A stretch of 25,177 bases of DNA from a virus (Duplodnaviria > Caudoviricetes): positions 1 to 25,177 of the IMG/VR virus record IMGVR_UViG_3300032253_000092; one strand, given 5' to 3'. Under the pieces are notes generated by a model. That model searched no databases. It was not told the DNA's origin and saw only the letters and a program-made list of their open reading frames with translations. Every line of letters begins with the position of its first letter. The first letter of the stretch is position 1. Positions 24,195-25,177 of this stretch are shown in pieces. A program made the translations under genes and the position numbers.

Positions 24195-25033
24195 TAAACC
24201 ACTCCGTAAATTATGTAATCGATATTGCCGCGACTGTTAGTGCTGTTTTGCTGGACTCGAATTGATACCCTTGAACCTGAAGGAATTTCTAGCGGTATAA
24301 AGGGTGATGTAGGATTGTTTATCATTTCAGCCTCATTAAGCATAAGCATCCAGTCAGGTAAGATTATCTTTTCGGATGCTGCTGAGCCGATGGCAACGTC
24401 TATTTGTAATCGTATATTTGCCGCAAAATCAATATTCCGCCAACCCATCGCTAAGACAAAGCCTTTGATATGATCGCTTGATGCGGTTAATTGCGTGTAG
24501 CTACCTTTTGAATTACTTGTTCCTGCTGTCACCTGAGTTCCACCACTATCTGCTGTGGTTGCGCCCATAGCAACAACTCTTGAACCTGCTGATGATGGCA
24601 TTAATGATTGACCAAATAACTGCATGGATACATCAATAGCCTCTGAGCCTGTTGTGCATTGAACTCTGGCTGATATTCTAGTGCCTGATGCAATTTCTAT
24701 CGGGAAGCTGTAATGATAGGTTTGTTGCCTTGAAATATTTGTTGCTGTTGTTCCTGCTTTCGTGAATAACAGGTTAGGAATAATCACGACTTCTGAGCTT
24801 GCCGCACCAATAGCAATATCAACCAGATAATCTGCTGCTGTTGCATCATCGGCATAAATAATCGTTACAGTAACAAAAGACGTATGATAGCTCGTCGAAG
24901 CGATAAGCTCTGTATAACTGCCTTTCGTGTTAGCCGTAGCATTGGCTGTTATCGCTGTACCACCAGTATCGGCGCTGACTATGCCTGCTGATTCAGCGAC
25001 CTGCAATCCACCTTGTGTACTAAAATCAGCCAT
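24194..25033 (-). CDS. Putative virion protein made of two tandem homologous beta domains (279 aa)
   Basis: Duplicated motifs DTGGT..T....NTKGSYTEL / DSGGT..T...NSKGSYTQL, DIAIGAASSE / DVAIGSAASE, PIEIASGTRISARVQ / PLEIPSGSRVSIRVQ. Confidence 0.7.
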   Translation of the reverse strand: MADFSTQGGLQVAESAGIVSADTGGTAITANATANTKGSYTELIASTSYHTSFVTVTIIYADDATAADYLVDIAIGAASSEVVIIPNLLFTKAGTTATNISRQQTYHYSFPIEIASGTRISARVQCTTGSEAIDVSMQLFGQSLMPSSAGSRVVAMGATTADSGGTQVTAGTSNSKGSYTQLTASSDHIKGFVLAMGWRNIDFAANIRLQIDVAIGSAASEKIILPDWMLMLNEAEMINNPTSPFIPLEIPSGSRVSIRVQQNSTNSRGNIDYIIYGVV

Positions 25034-25175
25034 CAGCTAACACCAGAGCTGCACCGCCTGCCTGTAATATGCCGATAGTCTCAAGGTAATTAACACCGTT
25101 TTGAATCATTGTGTTATCAAGATCAATATCATCGAGAAAGTCTAAGAAGCGCATAAAGCTGGATATGTTCTTTTG
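25026..25175 (-). CDS. C-terminal part of a fibre-associated (chaperone-like) protein, truncated by the window edge
   Basis: ...FMRFLDFLDDIDLDNTMIQNGVNYLETIGILQAGGAALVLADG*. The IDLD...GV..LE..GIL pattern is seen in small proteins beside phage fibre genes. Confidence 0.55.
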   Translation of the reverse strand, partial: QKNISSFMRFLDFLDDIDLDNTMIQNGVNYLETIGILQAGGAALVLADG

Positions 25176-25177
25176 TT

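Larger units (their letters stand above)
1..25177. mobile_element. Tailed dsDNA bacteriophage/prophage segment (podovirus-type morphogenesis module plus nin-like region)
   Basis: TerS/TerL/portal/scaffold/capsid/tail/ejection/tailspike gene order, NinB/NinG/HNH genes, and dense TAATG/ATGA gene overlaps. No host housekeeping genes, integrase or att site are seen, so free phage versus prophage cannot be decided. Confidence 0.97.

Noticed and set aside
3243-24473. Numerous 60-113-aa plus-strand and alternate-frame ORFs within the late genes
   Set aside because: Fully overlap well-supported minus-strand genes and lack recognisable motifs.
1-25177. CRISPR array, integrase, lysis cassette, alternative genetic code
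   Set aside because: No regularly spaced repeats; no recognisable integrase, endolysin or spanin; genes are full length in the standard code.

Overview
The whole window is part of a tailed dsDNA phage or prophage with a podovirus-type virion module. The + strand (1-3156) carries a lambdoid 'nin'-like early/accessory block: a SEC-C zinc-motif protein, small ORFs, an HNH-AP2 endonuclease with its own promoter and structured leader, NinB and NinG. This block converges 3'-to-3' with a long - strand late operon (25177->3127). In transcription order that operon encodes a cluster of Thr/Ala/Gly-rich fibre/decoration-like genes, TerS, PBSX-type TerL, portal, scaffold, a BPP-1-like major capsid protein with a Bbp16-like cement protein, P22 gp4/gp10-like tail parts, a cupin-like protein, three ejection proteins and a beta-helix tailspike. 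The most unusual element is the non-coding stretch 505-922. It holds a 232-nt tRNA-Leu-like RNA with a perfect 7-bp acceptor stem, a Leu-type D arm, a T arm and an encoded A-CCA end. Its interior is expanded to about 175 nt of hairpins, including a second canonical T arm. Two further long-stemmed RNAs, each ending in stem+RCC, flank it. All assignments come from motif recognition and gene order by eye; no searches or folding programs were run.
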